Origin: Gekko japonicus
Lineage: Eukaryota
Direction: 5' to 3'
Assembly (NCBI RefSeq): GCF_001447785.1
Contig: NW_015167060.1
Coordinates: 1,367,473 to 1,431,472 of the forward strand
DNA length: 64,000 nucleotides
Positions within the stretch are counted from its first letter, which is position 1. Each line of letters starts with the position of its first letter. Below, one piece after another: positions 25,087 to 37,948 of this stretch. The notes beneath the pieces were generated by a model. It saw only the letters and a list, made by a program, of their open reading frames with translations. It ran no database searches and was not told where the DNA came from. The position numbers and the translations under genes were made by a program.

Positions 25087-26667
25087 CTGTAAAACCAAAT
25101 TTGAGGAATGAGTAAGGGAGTGTGTATATAACCTGAGAGAAATGTAAGCACCCTCTTCTTCAGAGCTCGAGAAAACCTTTGTGCTCTCTCTCCCTACACC
25201 CGAACTACAGATCACACTCACAAAGAAGTCAGCAATTAAACAAGGCTTCAGAAAATGAGGTCAGAATGCATGAATTTTCCAGATGCACACACAATAGACA
25301 ACAGTTCACAAATGTAATGCTCTGAGAGGCACACAAACCAAAGACCAATCCAATCCACTGACTAAATACATCCTCAGTTGGCTGCTAAGACAGGCACAAG
25401 AGACTTGCGATATAAACAGCATCAGACAAAACAGTCAGAGGTCAAAGTTCATTGCAAAGCTCAGGCTACAATATGAAGAAAACGTTTTATTTTTTAAAGG
25501 CAATCTATGCAAAGCTTAGGCTGGTAACATCACAACCCGTGCTGTGTCTGCATCCACTCTTGGCACTGGGCCAAGTGGATATTAAAACCAATTATCTCAT
25601 GATTTAAAACTTAAATTAATATGTAAATTTTTAGGTAAGCGCATTTGCCAAAATGTCACATTTTTTCATAAGTGGGTATCAGAGGGGGAATTGAGGAAAC
25701 CACAGAAAGGGCAGAGATGGGCCAATTTTCCCATTAAAGGTGCTCTACAGCTTGTTAAGATACTTCACTGAGCTTAGGTTTTAGGTAGCCATGCTGGTGC
25801 ATAAAAACATTCCAAAAACAGCAGTTCTTGAACACCGTTGCATTAGGACCATCCAAAATCTCACAAAAGCAGCAGTTTGAGTTTCCCACCTCTCTTCATC
25901 AGGCTAGATGTGCAGTACAACCCCCCCTCTAAAAAGGGGGGGATGTGTAAGCTTCTCCAAATAGATTTTTGTCTCCCTCCCTCCTTTATTTGTACTGAAA
26001 TCCATCTTGATGAAGAGTTCTGGAGCACAAGAATGCTTGCTGTGTTGTGCTATTTTGATTGGTCCTAATAAAAAGGCATCCCACCACTGTCTGTCACTTA
26101 TGGAATTCATTCGGGCTGGGGATGGCTCCTCCCTCCCTAACTGATGGTACCAGTTCATCTTACACATTCCATTGCAGTGAGGCTCAATTAACATGCAAAT
26201 CTGGGGAAAGTGCATCTCCCAAACTTCATCTCCTTGGTATAAATTCATCACCTTTTCAGCCAGCTCTGGTTACCAGACAACAAAATTGCTTTAGCCTAGC
26301 TATACAAATATATGGTTCTTTTAGACAAGAGGATGAGAATAAAATACAACAATAATCATACAGCCAATCCATCTTAATGCTAGCTTATCTTGACAGGATC
26401 CTTCTGCCAGGAAAAGAGAGCGCCTTCTTTTTTTATTATTGAAGTGCCCATTGTTTCAACCTCTCCTAGTTGCAGGCCTGTCTTTTATAGCAAAACCACA
26501 AAGATCTTTTACAAAATCTCCAAATAGCAAGGCACAGAACATTTTTTTACCACAATTTAACCACAGCTAGCCTGGCCAGATTCTCAAATAACAGGCATAT
26601 GTCCTTTCAGTATATCACTTGTTTGTGTTCACTTTGCACACTGCCTGAGTGCCACCTCAGTTCAGTT

Positions 26668-26958
26668 TGAGAGCCAGTTTGGTATAGTGGTTAAGTGCGC
26701 AGACTCTAATCTGGGAGAACCGGGTTTGATTCCCCACTCCTCCACTTGCACCTGCTGGATGACCTTGGGCAAACCGTAGTTCTGATAAGAGCTGTTCTCG
26801 AAAAAGAACAGTTTTTGTCAAGAGCTCTCTCAGCCCCACCTACCTCACAGGGTGTCTGTTGTGGGGAGGGAAAGGGAAAGGAGTTTGTAAGCTGCTCTGA
26901 GACACCTTTGGGTAGTGAAGGGCGGGGTATAAATCCAATCTCCTCCTCCTCCTCCTCC
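26668..26958 (+). mobile_element. Squam3-like SINE
   Basis: Full head to (TCC)n tail; highly similar to 750-1040. Confidence 0.85.
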
Positions 26959-27245
26959 ACCTCCTTTTACTCACACCCTTAACCACATCAGCCATTTCAA
27001 CAACACATTTTGTATTCCACTCTGGTCAACTTAATTTAACTGCATTATCTCAAAAGCAAGAGATGGGATTACATAGCTCAAGAGTAGGCATAACATGGAT
27101 AAACTGATAACAACGATGGATCTGAGATTCCAAAGGCCATCTTCAGTGCTAAAATTCTGTCTCTGATACCCCTAATTCTTCAGCTGGCCCTGGGTAGGCA
27201 GGGATTTGGTACTTAGTTATCTTTACTTCTGAACAAAGTATCCTT

Positions 27246-29648
27246 TGTTAGTAGTTCTAAAAGAACTTTCGTCCCCAGATCCAGCATGCTCGACCCTTTC
27301 CCTTCTTCAGAAGAGCGAATGATTTCACCTAGTGCTAAAGCAATAGCTCACCTATTAGCTTGGGTCATCACTCTGAGCGTGAAGCAGGCACTGCTCTTAT
27401 CTCTGTATTAAGCCACTTTTTTGTAAGTGCTCCTTTTGCAAGGAGTAAGGAGACGAAGAGAGCCTTGATGTGTCTGCTGCTGAGGATTGCAGGGTTAGGG
27501 GCTCAGTGAAGTGTATGAGTGTGTGAAGAAATGCATTTGATCTTTGGAGGTTTGAAATGAGCAAAACCTTCACTCTGGGTTTTAAAAGTTTTTTCTCTCT
27601 CTGGGCAGAGAACAGGCAAGGAGGAGGGAAGTCAGTTCAATTGCTTTCCAAACTTACCTCAGCCCACCTTCATACAAATGCTAATAGGTCTAGCTAGAGA
27701 CAAATGAATGAGCCAGCCCACCCCCCAAGCAGGGAACAGAGATTTGGAGGAATTCAGACTAGAAAGACTTCAGGAAGAAATTTCTGGAGACTTCAGGAAA
27801 AGCTTCCTTGACCTGGCCTGACCGGGTCAGTGGGAAGGCAAAGGGAGAAAATAAAACTCCTGGAAGCAAGGAGGAAGGTCTCTTTTGTGCTGAGTCCATC
27901 AGAGCAGACAGAACTCTTAACTGAGGTCTGGAGGAGGCAGCCATCAACCATGTGCTGGCCTGGACAGCTGGAGGAAGCTTCAAGGCAATGGAGACTCTGT
28001 AGAGATCTGTAACTTCCTAACCGAAGGCACCTGTCCTATATTTTAACATCTGATAGGGCATGTACAGAGAAGGACACAGGAAATGTGTTTTACCCGTTTC
28101 TTTTGAATCCCTTGCTCAACCTGGTGCTGAGCTAAAAGTATGCTTGTGAACATTTTCTTTTTAATAAGTACTTTATAACTTTTGATGCTAGTAGTGGTTC
28201 TGTGTACCACATAGACCTCCACTGTCTTGGACATGCTATTTTAAAAGGAGGGCTGGGGGAAGGCAGTCAGTTGGCAAATGGCTAGTCCTCCAGTGGCACA
28301 CGGCAGTAAATGGTCCCTATGGTGACCAGGCACTGGGCAGTGGGAGAGACAGAGGCAAAACCTCAGAACTTGGAAGAGAAGCTGGGAGTCCTGACCCCCC
28401 CCGTGTGGAATTCCTTTCAAAGGTCAGGTGGTGGCAACGGGCTACTGGAGAGAGAGAGAAAAACCCTCTCCAGGTGTTGGGAAAACCCTGGAGGGCAGGG
28501 TGGAACAGGGCCTGCAGGCCAGAGCAGACCCATTCTGCCACAGAGTACATGCACATGTGTTTGGGAGGCTCACAGTTGCTGCTTCTGCCAGCTCCATAGA
28601 GAGACTGGGTTCTTCCCCTTGAGATTATTTGTTGGGTGCCTGTGCCAGGCATCCCCGCATTGGGTCTTCAAACAGAAAAGAGGTTGCTAGCCCCCCCCCC
28701 CCACTCTTGGGACAGAAAGAAACAATCATTTGAGCATATCCACTAAGTCCGAGGAGGCAAAGGAACTCTGTATCAATCATTGAGTATATGTGTGCGATGT
28801 GTTCTAAAATCACAGTGAATAGAGGCAGTGGTTAATGTTAGCTTCCAGCCATTCGATAGCCCGAAGTCTACCATCTTTGTCCATCCTATAATGTCTATCT
28901 GCTCCATGCGTCTCACTCAGTCTCTCTTCACCTTCTGTGCCTTTGTGTATTCCTGTTCCAGACTCAGGTCCTTTCAGCTCTCCCAAAGGACCACTTATTG
29001 GCTCACAATACTGACAGATCTCACAGGGCAAGATCACTGCTCAGCCCAACCCCCATTTCTTGCTGCACCTTGGGGCCTCTCCTGGGTTCAAAGTGACTCC
29101 CCAATCGCAGAGACCAGCAGGTCATTTTGGGGAGTCAGCAGCTCTCTCTTCAAGCCCCTAGCTTGTCTCTCCAGCTTGCCAATCTCCTCCTTTCTTCTTG
29201 CTGGATGAGAAGGACTTGGCGCTGTCCCTTTGCCTCAGTCTTCAGGAGGTCACCATAGATTTAGTCAGATAGATAGGTCAGGACACACACAGTATCCTTT
29301 CCTTCCTGTTATCTGATCCTATCCCCTTTGAAGTAGAATGCTATTCTTAGGGATGAGTTTCCTTCCTTCTGACTTGACACCTCACCATCTCACAAAAAGG
29401 GGCATGTTTATCTCCATCTTTGAATGATGGATGCAGGGGCACTCTTCCTTTATCGATACCCATCCTAGGTAGTTAGAGTAGATTCTATCCCTGTCTCTCA
29501 TCTAGACTGTCTAGAATGGAATTCCGTATAATAAAGAACCCTTATTAGTTTTGAATCTGCCTACTGGCTCTGTGTAACTTTGTAAGTCTTCTAGCACATT
29601 CAGTACCTAAGCTCCGCTGCGTGCGAATGCCTAGTGCACTCGGCTACA
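27246..29648. mobile_element. Rearranged LTR-like complex (family C), homologous in part to 61898-62847
   Basis: 27520-28012 matches 62027-62517 directly; 28013-28338 matches 62518-62847 inverted; AATAAA at about 29530 and CA end at 29648. Confidence 0.6.
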
Positions 29649-30511
29649 TTAATATGGATTCCTAGCTCTACTAAAACCAGAGAATCCAAAACTTCTGTGC
29701 CTGGCCTTCTGCCTGTTCTTGAGCTGGCAGGCTGGTAGTCTATCGGTTAGCTCTAGAATGAAATCTGGGTTGGAGGCCTCTTCATCTGAGCCAGCGTGTG
29801 GTTTTGTCTGCCACCCTGATGAGGAAGCTGTCACAGAGCTGCCACCTCAGGGTTCAGTTGGCGCCGCCCCTCCTCCTATTGTTCATCTTGCCAGGGAAAG
29901 TGACTTGTGCCCTTAGCTTGCGTCTCCGGATTGCTCATAAGAGAGGTGGCTGCATTGCAGAGGACAGACCAGGTACATGGAGAAGGATGACTCACTGCTC
30001 ACCCCCTTCCCCTGAATGCCTGCACTTCTCTGAATCAGCTCACCTTAATGCCATGGTGTTCATAAGAACCTTCCCCCCACAAATTCTATGGAAGACTGGA
30101 CAAGATGTAAGTATTGTGGGTGCTATGCTGAACCTCGTGTTCATGCTGGGTACAAGACCAGGATTCAGATCAATGGAGAGGCTTGTCCAAGATCCAAGGA
30201 CTCAGCTTGCGCCCTCCTGAAGGCAAAGGAATGGCTGCCCCAGTGCCTGCCAGAGACTTCAGGTGCTGCTCAACATGGCTATTTCTGTCTATGGTAATGT
30301 TATGTATCTACACAAAGGAGACATGTATCAGAAAGCTCACCTCTTCCCAGCCTGGTTAGTTATTACAGCCCTGACAGGGGGAAGGAACTGCCAACCAGAG
30401 TGTGAGCTCATTTAGGGAAATGGATGCATTGTGAGAGGCATGAATATTATGTGCAGTTGCACGCTGTGGGAGGCCACTGCCAGGCACGCACACGTCCATG
30501 CAAAGATACAG

Positions 30512-30543
<32 letters not shown>

Positions 30544-31714
30544 AGAGAGGTCTTATGATAGAAATTCAGATCCCTTGGCTAGTAAGGGATAGGGATTGTC
30601 CCTATGATGGTGGGAGTGGGGGGGATGGGGGGTGTTGGTGAGAGCCTCTGGAACGAGCTCCCCCTGGCTGCTGATGAGGGGCTGCTGTTTCCTTTCTAGG
30701 AGTGCTCCTGTCTCCTTCCACAGAAGGGCAAGTGAAAGACAGGCAAGGTCAAACAACTCACCAAGCCACAATGAATGGCTGGGCTAATGGAACTGGTGTG
30801 TGTGTGTGTGTGTGTGTGTGTGTAGTGCATAGCAACAGTTCAGACAGAAAACACAATGCCATCAGTGTTGCTGCGGAACCTCAGAACCTTGTCGCCAGCC
30901 AGCACGGCAGCCAGTTCTCAGAGAGCCAACGTTAAGCATTTGGAAGGGGCTGGGGGGCTGAGGGAGAGCAAGGGTGATGGATGGATGTGCTCCAGACCCA
31001 GAGGCTGCCTTGGCTTATTACTTTACACCAGCTGGGCCCCACTGAGCTGCATCCATGAGAGTTAACAAACCAGATGCACGTTCATCTAGCACAGCCGTCA
31101 CCCTGGCCCAAAAGTGATGTCCCCTCTGCCCCAAGAAAAGGTCCCCGCTGCCCACTGGTGCTTGCATGGGACCCCTGCCACCTTTTGTCCTCAGCAGATC
31201 AGGGTGGCTGTCTCTCCACACTTCCTTTTGTACAGCGCCCCCCCCCCGTTAGCCATTAGTCGCTTCCATCCACTGCTCTGTAGAGCCACCTCTCACTTAC
31301 AGAGTATCATTTGGAGAGTCCAAGGCATTTCTCAGTCTTGATTTCAAAAGCCTTTACAACAACAATGTAAAATGGGCCAGTATCCTTATCTTTATAATCC
31401 CCATGGCAAGCTGCAGCTGAGTGTGTGGCTGGCCAAAGGCCTCCCAGGGAGTTCACACCTGGGGCAAAATTTGATCCAGGGATTTCCATGCTCGTTTGTC
31501 TAACTATATGTTATGTTTCCGCCAGAGCTGGCCTTGGGTTGGGTGGGGAGGCATGCTCTGAAGTTCCATGCTATTATGGAAATGTAACAGGTGCATCAAC
31601 AAGACACAAGCCGCTTCCAGGTGGGCAAACAGCATCCCCTAGGGCCCTCCTCTGAGCTCAGAGAAATGGTATCTGTGGGGGAAGTCTAAGACACCCCCCC
31701 TCCTGACAGCATAC

Positions 31715-32085
31715 TGTTCTGTATGGGGTCAAGATGACAGCCTGGTAATGTTAAATGGTGTAGATCATCCTGATCTGGAATGACAGTTGAGAGAGTCACA
31801 TGATGTGTCACCAGGTACAGGATTGCATCTAAGTTGCATCAGCCAAAATGATGTCACCATGAATCAGCACTGGACACTGATTGGTGCTGTGTATGTATAT
31901 ATTGTGTACAGTACTTGAGCAGTCACTTCACTCTGGTGGATGACTTGTATGCGAAGCACTCTGACGATTTGGAGTCTAGAAGTGCTTAAAGACTGTGTGT
32001 AAATATCTGTGTAAATAAATCCACTGTTTATAGTCAGCACTAGCCAACCTGGTACGTGGGGTTACTGGACGCTTCAACGCTAACA
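31715..32085 (+). mobile_element. Probable solo LTR (Gypsy-like)
   Basis: TGTT...AACA termini, TATA-like run, AATAAA about 70 bp from the 3' end; TSD not clean. Confidence 0.4.
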
Positions 32086-32344
32086 CCTCCATGTGCCATG
32101 CTTCTGATCCAAACTGGGCCCACACATACTTGAGAAGCATAGAGGTTAAGAATACATCTCTCCATTCAACCCAGGGGCATCTCTGGGGACAATGCAATGT
32201 ATAGTTAGGCCTTTAGCCATTATGTTACACCAAATTCTAGAACCAGATCCATGGGAACTCCGGATATGGAAACACATCTTTAGCTAAATTATGTGGAAAC
32301 ATTTCATGCATAGTCATTATTCTAGAAACACACCTGGCGCTCTA

Positions 32345-32525
32345 CGGCCCCCTAGAGTTTTCAAGGCAAGAGATTAACAGAGGTGGTTTGCCATTGCCTT
32401 CCTCTGTTTAGAGACCCCGGAATTCCTTGGAGGCCTCCCATCCAAATACTTCCCAGGGCCAACACTGATTGGCTTCTGAGATCTGGTGAGAATGGACTCC
32501 TTGGGCCATCCAGGTCAGGGCAGGA
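32345..32525 (-). mobile_element. 5S-derived SINE
   Basis: Homologous to 4510-4700 and 43117-43800. Confidence 0.7.
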
Positions 32526-32825
32526 CTGAAATGCCTTTCTCACATTACTCTAAGCCATCACCCAAATCTCCCGACAGGTCTCTTCCAAGAAAATCTAGCC
32601 TGAAAGCCTAGCTGTTACTTTGTTCATGTTCTAAAGCCATCACTGGGTTAGACTGACTCCTTACTTTTCTCCCCTCCTTCCCACAATGGGCATAAACCAG
32701 AGGATACTGTCAGTTTGGAGCCAAGCACCATCTAAAGAAGTACAATATCCATGAGGAGCCAGGACAGACACTCTCCTATGGTCTGGAAAGCAGTGGGTGA
32801 GTTCATTGACTTATCTGTTCATGTG

Positions 32826-33108
32826 AGAAGAAGAAGAAGAGAAGAGATTGGATTTATACCCCGCCCTTCACTACTCAGAGCGGCTTACAAACTCCTTTCC
32901 CTTCCCCTCCCCACAACAGACACCCTGTGAGGTGGGTGGGGCTGAGGGAGCTCTTGACACAAACTGCTCTTTTTCAAGGACAGCTCCTTATCAGAGCTAG
33001 GGCTTGCCCAAGGCCATCCAGCCAGGTGCAAGTGGAGGAGTGGGGGAATCAAACCCGGTTCTCCCAGATTAGAGTCCACGCACTTAACCACTACACCAAA
33101 CTGGCTCT
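32826..33108 (-). mobile_element. Squam3-like SINE
   Basis: Reverse complement of the 750-1040 family. Confidence 0.85.
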
Positions 33109-33687
33109 CAAGGAATGTGAACTAAAAATCAAGGAATGTGAGCAAACTGCCCTAGTGCTATGGTGGGGAGTTCTTAACAGACTGCCTTCCTCTCCAAAAC
33201 AGCAAAGAACTCTGGCACTGCCGAGTGACCCAGGGAGAAGCCAGACCTGAAATCCCAAACACATATAGAGTTGTCAACAAAGCAAGCTTTGCACAAACTG
33301 GTTGCCAGCCACCTCTGGCTTGAGAACACAATGGGCTGTTAGTCTGTGTGGTCAGAGCTCACCAACAATAGCCTTCTGGGATTTTTCCTAAGCAAGCCCT
33401 GATAAGCTTCATATTTCTCCAGGAGGAGGAAAGATGAAGTTTGCAGACCAGAGATCCTGACATGTGAGGCTGCTGGGAGCAGACAAGCCCCGGCAGTGTG
33501 CTGGGCTTTATTCCGATGGGTGAGATTAGCATCCTGGGCTAACATGTCCACTTTGGTGACAATGTTAGCACATGGAGCTGAGTGACTCTGACACAGGCCA
33601 TTTATCAAGCCCTTTCTGCTGCAAGTGACACCCTGGTAGTGCTGCTCTGCATGGAACTCTGATCTGGCCTAGATAGCGGAGGAAGCC

Positions 33688-34228
33688 TTCTGTTTTTCTT
33701 TTGCCATAATGCTCTAGGACTATTGGCATGTACGTACATCAGTGTGCCACAATGTGGGCACACGGCACACCCTTTCACAGGAAAACAGTAACACAGGTAA
33801 GAAAAGACTGGTTAAGCCACTGCATGTCCCACCTTCCTCTCTTTTACGGATCACTGCTGCGCTTCCTTTCTCTCTGGGACAAAGTGATGTTAATTTGGGC
33901 ATGAGGGGAGAACACGTTCTCCTTCAGTGGGGGGGGAAGTTATCCAGGAAGTGGTTTAGTTTCTGTTTTTCTTTTGCCATAATGCTCTGGGACTGGCATG
34001 TACGCACATCAGTGTGCCACAATGTGGGCACACGACACACCCTTTCACAGGAAAACAGCAACACAGGTAAGAAAAGACTGGTTAGGCCACTGCATGTCCC
34101 ACCTTCCTCTCTTTTACTGATCACTGCTGCACTTCCTTTCTCTCTGGGACAAAGTGATGGTAATTTGGGCATGAGGGGAGAACAAGTTCTCCTTCAGTGG
34201 GGGGGAAGTTATCCAGGAAGTGGTTTAG
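33688..34228. repeat. Tandem duplication of about 270 bp (33688-33958 and 33961-34228)
   Basis: Two copies of TTCTGTTTTTCTTTTGCC...GGAAGTGGTTTAG with several substitutions and small indels. Confidence 0.9.
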
Positions 34229-34544
34229 GTCATGTCTCTGCTCGCTCGGATAGGCTATGCAAATTTCTTTTGTTGTACTACCCAGCAAAAGCTCCTCTCC
34301 TCCCCTCCCCTTTCATCCAGCCCCAGCCTCAGTGGTGTTTGGTGTGGCCACTGCATCTGTCCACAGTGATGTGGTAGGAGAGGACAGCGACATTACAGAT
34401 GTGGTGTTTTAACTGTTCAAAGGAGAACAGGCTCGCCAGCTCCTCTAAAGCCTGTCCCTGATGATGATGGCGGCAGCGGCAGCATGTCCAAATTTCATAA
34501 CCCGAAGGCATGTGGCCATCACTCACTCCACAGTTACTGTCCCC

Positions 34545-34720
34545 TCAGACTTTGTTAACAAAAGATCAGGCCTGGAACACACCGCTAGCCTCGGCTGCTG
34601 AGCCTAATTAAGCACTGCGGGAGTGTTCCGTTTATGAATGGACAGACACTTCCTCGTACGCTACTTTTGATAAGACGGGTTAAAGGGGATACTAGCAATC
34701 ATCCCTGCTCTAGGAGCCAG
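34545..34720. promoter_or_regulatory. Candidate CNE/enhancer
   Basis: CTAATTAA, TTTATG, TGATAAG, CTTTGTT (Sox-like) motifs and retained CpGs. Confidence 0.35.
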
Positions 34721-37465
34721 CGGGGGGGGGGTTTGGTCTGGATGGAGGGGGAGGAGTAGAGCATTTGCCAGCAAATGGATCCCGCTATTCCCTAACGCCC
34801 AGGTTGCCATCACTCAGGTCCCGAGAGAGGGGATGCTGTCTGTGTCACAAGGGCCACATAGGCAAAATAGCATATTTTTTTAATTTCCCAGGGGAGACTC
34901 TCCAAGTAGTAACACATTGTCGTGGCAGCAAAAAAAACCCTGTTCATCATCCCGCCATGTAGTTCATAGGCACTGTGCACATTTTCAAAAAATGGACACT
35001 GCAGGTATGTGGGAGAAGCATTCAAACATCTAGGCCATGATACCCTTACCTCTGTACCTAGAAATGCTGGGTTTTGCCATGTATGCCAGTGGGTCCACAA
35101 TTTGGATCTGCTTGCTTATTTTACATCATTTATTCTGCTGCTCCTGGTCATGAGGAGATGCAAGGAGCTATAACAGGGCAACGGAACTTTACTCTCTGAT
35201 GACATGAAAGCTTCCACTAATTTCTCAGAGTTCACAAAGCATCACTCATAGACTTTCAAACCTACCCTTGCAGGCTTAAGAGCTAGAAACTTGACACTTT
35301 TAAAAAATAAACCTTAGATTTTCAGGATGCTGTGCCTAACACCAATGCCTTCCTTTAAACAATGCATCCCCACTGCTCTTCATTCATCACACATGCAGCA
35401 ACACTTGGTTCAATCTCCTAGAATCATCCTTGACTGCTTGAAATTATGATTTCTCTTGTCGGGGATGGGGGGGGTGGCACCTGTGCTGAGCATGGACAGC
35501 AGAGTGTGAAAGGGTTCACTGACTTTTGAAGAGCTCTGTAAGGTTTCTACGCTGCCACACTGACTGTCGTCAATGAATTTTAAGCTACAACAGATCTGAA
35601 CTTTCACACCCTCCTCATTCACCTAAACCACCTTCAACGCTATATATAGCCACCTATACAGTGCGCTGATACAGAACTGCCTTGTACTTGTTTGTGCCAT
35701 TAGTTGCACTCTGAGCTCTCCATGGTGCTGAGATTGCTCCATGCCTGCTCCTATGTAACTCTTGGCCTCAGCCTGTATAACTGAGGTTTTAGCTGGTGAA
35801 TTAGCTACTTCCATGTTCCAAGTGTGCTCTCTGGAGCAATCTTTATTTAAGATTCCAGCCCTTTCTGTTGTGCTCTGAAACTGTCTGGAGTCTGTTGACA
35901 AAGGAAGAGAAAACATTTTCACTGAGAGAAAGAGGCCTGTCTGGCATGGATCTTAACTGGAGGGCTATTGTCCCCAACAGGCTCATTGGGGCTGGCAGCA
36001 TGCATCTCCACACTGTATCTGTGTGACTGGGCTATTGTCCACTAAGTGGCTTGCTGAGCCCTCCAGATCCCCGGCACACCACAGCTCCAGTGTCAGTGGA
36101 GGCAGCCAACTGGACACACACAGCGAGTCCAGCCAAGAGTACACAGAGGGGATGTCCCTTTAGGTTATGGCTCAGGCATGCTGGCTGAGCACCAGGCAAA
36201 GAGGCTTCCAAGCCATCCCTCTGTGGAGCTTGGTTCAATCTGTTTGCAGTTCATCATTAAAGCACAATTGAGAATGCAGAAAACTGTGCAGGCACCAGTT
36301 TGTAGGAGCCAGCAGTGGATGGATGAAGGGAGCTGTTCCCAGCTGAAGTTCGCAATCTGTATTGATTGTCTTGAAATTGATTCCCCTGGTGCGACGGCAC
36401 ATGAGCTGACAAAGCCAGGTAACAAGTAAGGAAGCAACACCCTAAAAGTATGTGGGATGATATGTGGCATTTGACGCTTCAGAAAATTCTGGAAAACTGC
36501 ATGGAAAGAGCTACCCGAGTGAAAAGAAAGAAACCCTCTAGAATTTGTAAGTAGCATTTTTGTGATGATGTGAAAAACAAACTCATAAGTAGGCAAATAC
36601 TCTCAAAGTCTCCCCCATCCATGCACCCATAACATACCAAATTTTCAAGGAGCACAATTGTAGAAATCCACAATGGTTCTGGAAATGAATGTAACACAGC
36701 ATGGACCTTGTAGCCCATACCCTTCTGGGTACTACCCACTTAAATAAACAGGAAGTAAGGTACTGCAGATGGAAGAGGCCATTAAAACACATACCAGAGG
36801 GGAAAGCCATAAAGTGTACACAAGGGGAGACAAAGAATATATGAACATATGATAAGAGATACTCCAAGAGACAGAAAACAGGCAAACACATTCAGGCTAA
36901 CCACCACCTGAAGCATGAGTTACATATATGACTGTCCTAATGCCAGTCATGCTCAAGAAAGCAAGTGCATTAGGCACTTACTCAGAGTGGGGGTTACTAA
37001 ATAAATTATTTGCCCTGTGATAAGTCTTTACTATTGCTCTGTCATGCGCCAAAATATATATTTGTTAGTCTGTGCAAACACTTTGAGGCCCTTGGAACAA
37101 TATTGCTGTACGTGGACAGAATCTCAGCACTGGAGGATGCCTTATACCTGTAAGACGCTGCTGCCAAACCCTATGAGTTCTTTTGGCGTTGACCCCTCCC
37201 ACCAACATCATCATCTCTTTGCTAATTCCTCCTTCCTTGGTTGGTTTGTGGAGCCCTTTTCAATATTCCCCAGACACATCCCGGTGGGTATCCTTTGCTA
37301 AAGTTCCTTTCCTTGTGCGATTTTCATTGGGGCCCGGCCCTGGTCATCTGCCTTCTCTTAACTCCTGGTCTATGGGATTCCTGTTCACTCCTTCCTGCTG
37401 TCACTGGCCCTCCCATGCCTGTGAATGCAATATGATGTAACAGTGTTTGTAATCTGCCAGGAGGG

Positions 37466-37948
37466 GGAGAACAAGAGATTGGAATTATACCCCACCCTTT
37501 ACTACGTGAAGGAGTCTCAGAGTTGCTTACAATCTCCTTTCCCTTCCCTTCCCCTCCCCACAACAGACACCCTGTGAGCAGTGTTCCCTCTAAGCTGAGT
37601 TAGTGTGAGCCAGCTCACAGTTTTTTAGCCTTTGGCTCACACATTTTTGTCCTAGCTCAGGAAAGATGGCTCCAGAGCAAACTAATTTATGCAGTAGCCA
37701 AATCGCTGGCTCACAACTTTAATGCCAGTTGCTCCCAAAGTAGAATTTTGGCTCACAAGACTCCACAGCTTAGAGGGAGCATTGCCTGTGAGGTAGGTGA
37801 GACTGAGAGAGCTCTTTCATTAACTGCTTGGGAGATAACAGCTCTGAAATAACTTGTAACTGACCCAAGGTCACACCAGCAGCTGCATGTGGAGGTGTGA
37901 GGAATAAAACCCAGTTCTCCCAGATTAAAGTCTGTGCTCCTAACCACT
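37466..37948 (-). mobile_element. Squam3-like SINE split by a hAT MITE
   Basis: SINE halves are contiguous once 37579-37784 is removed. Confidence 0.8.
37579..37784 (+). mobile_element. CAGTGTTCCCTCTAAG hAT MITE
   Basis: 8-bp TSD CCTGTGAG. Confidence 0.9.

Noticed and set aside
33742-34377. 211-aa ORF with an internal repeat
   Set aside because: A by-product of the 270-bp tandem duplication; no recognisable domain or splice structure.
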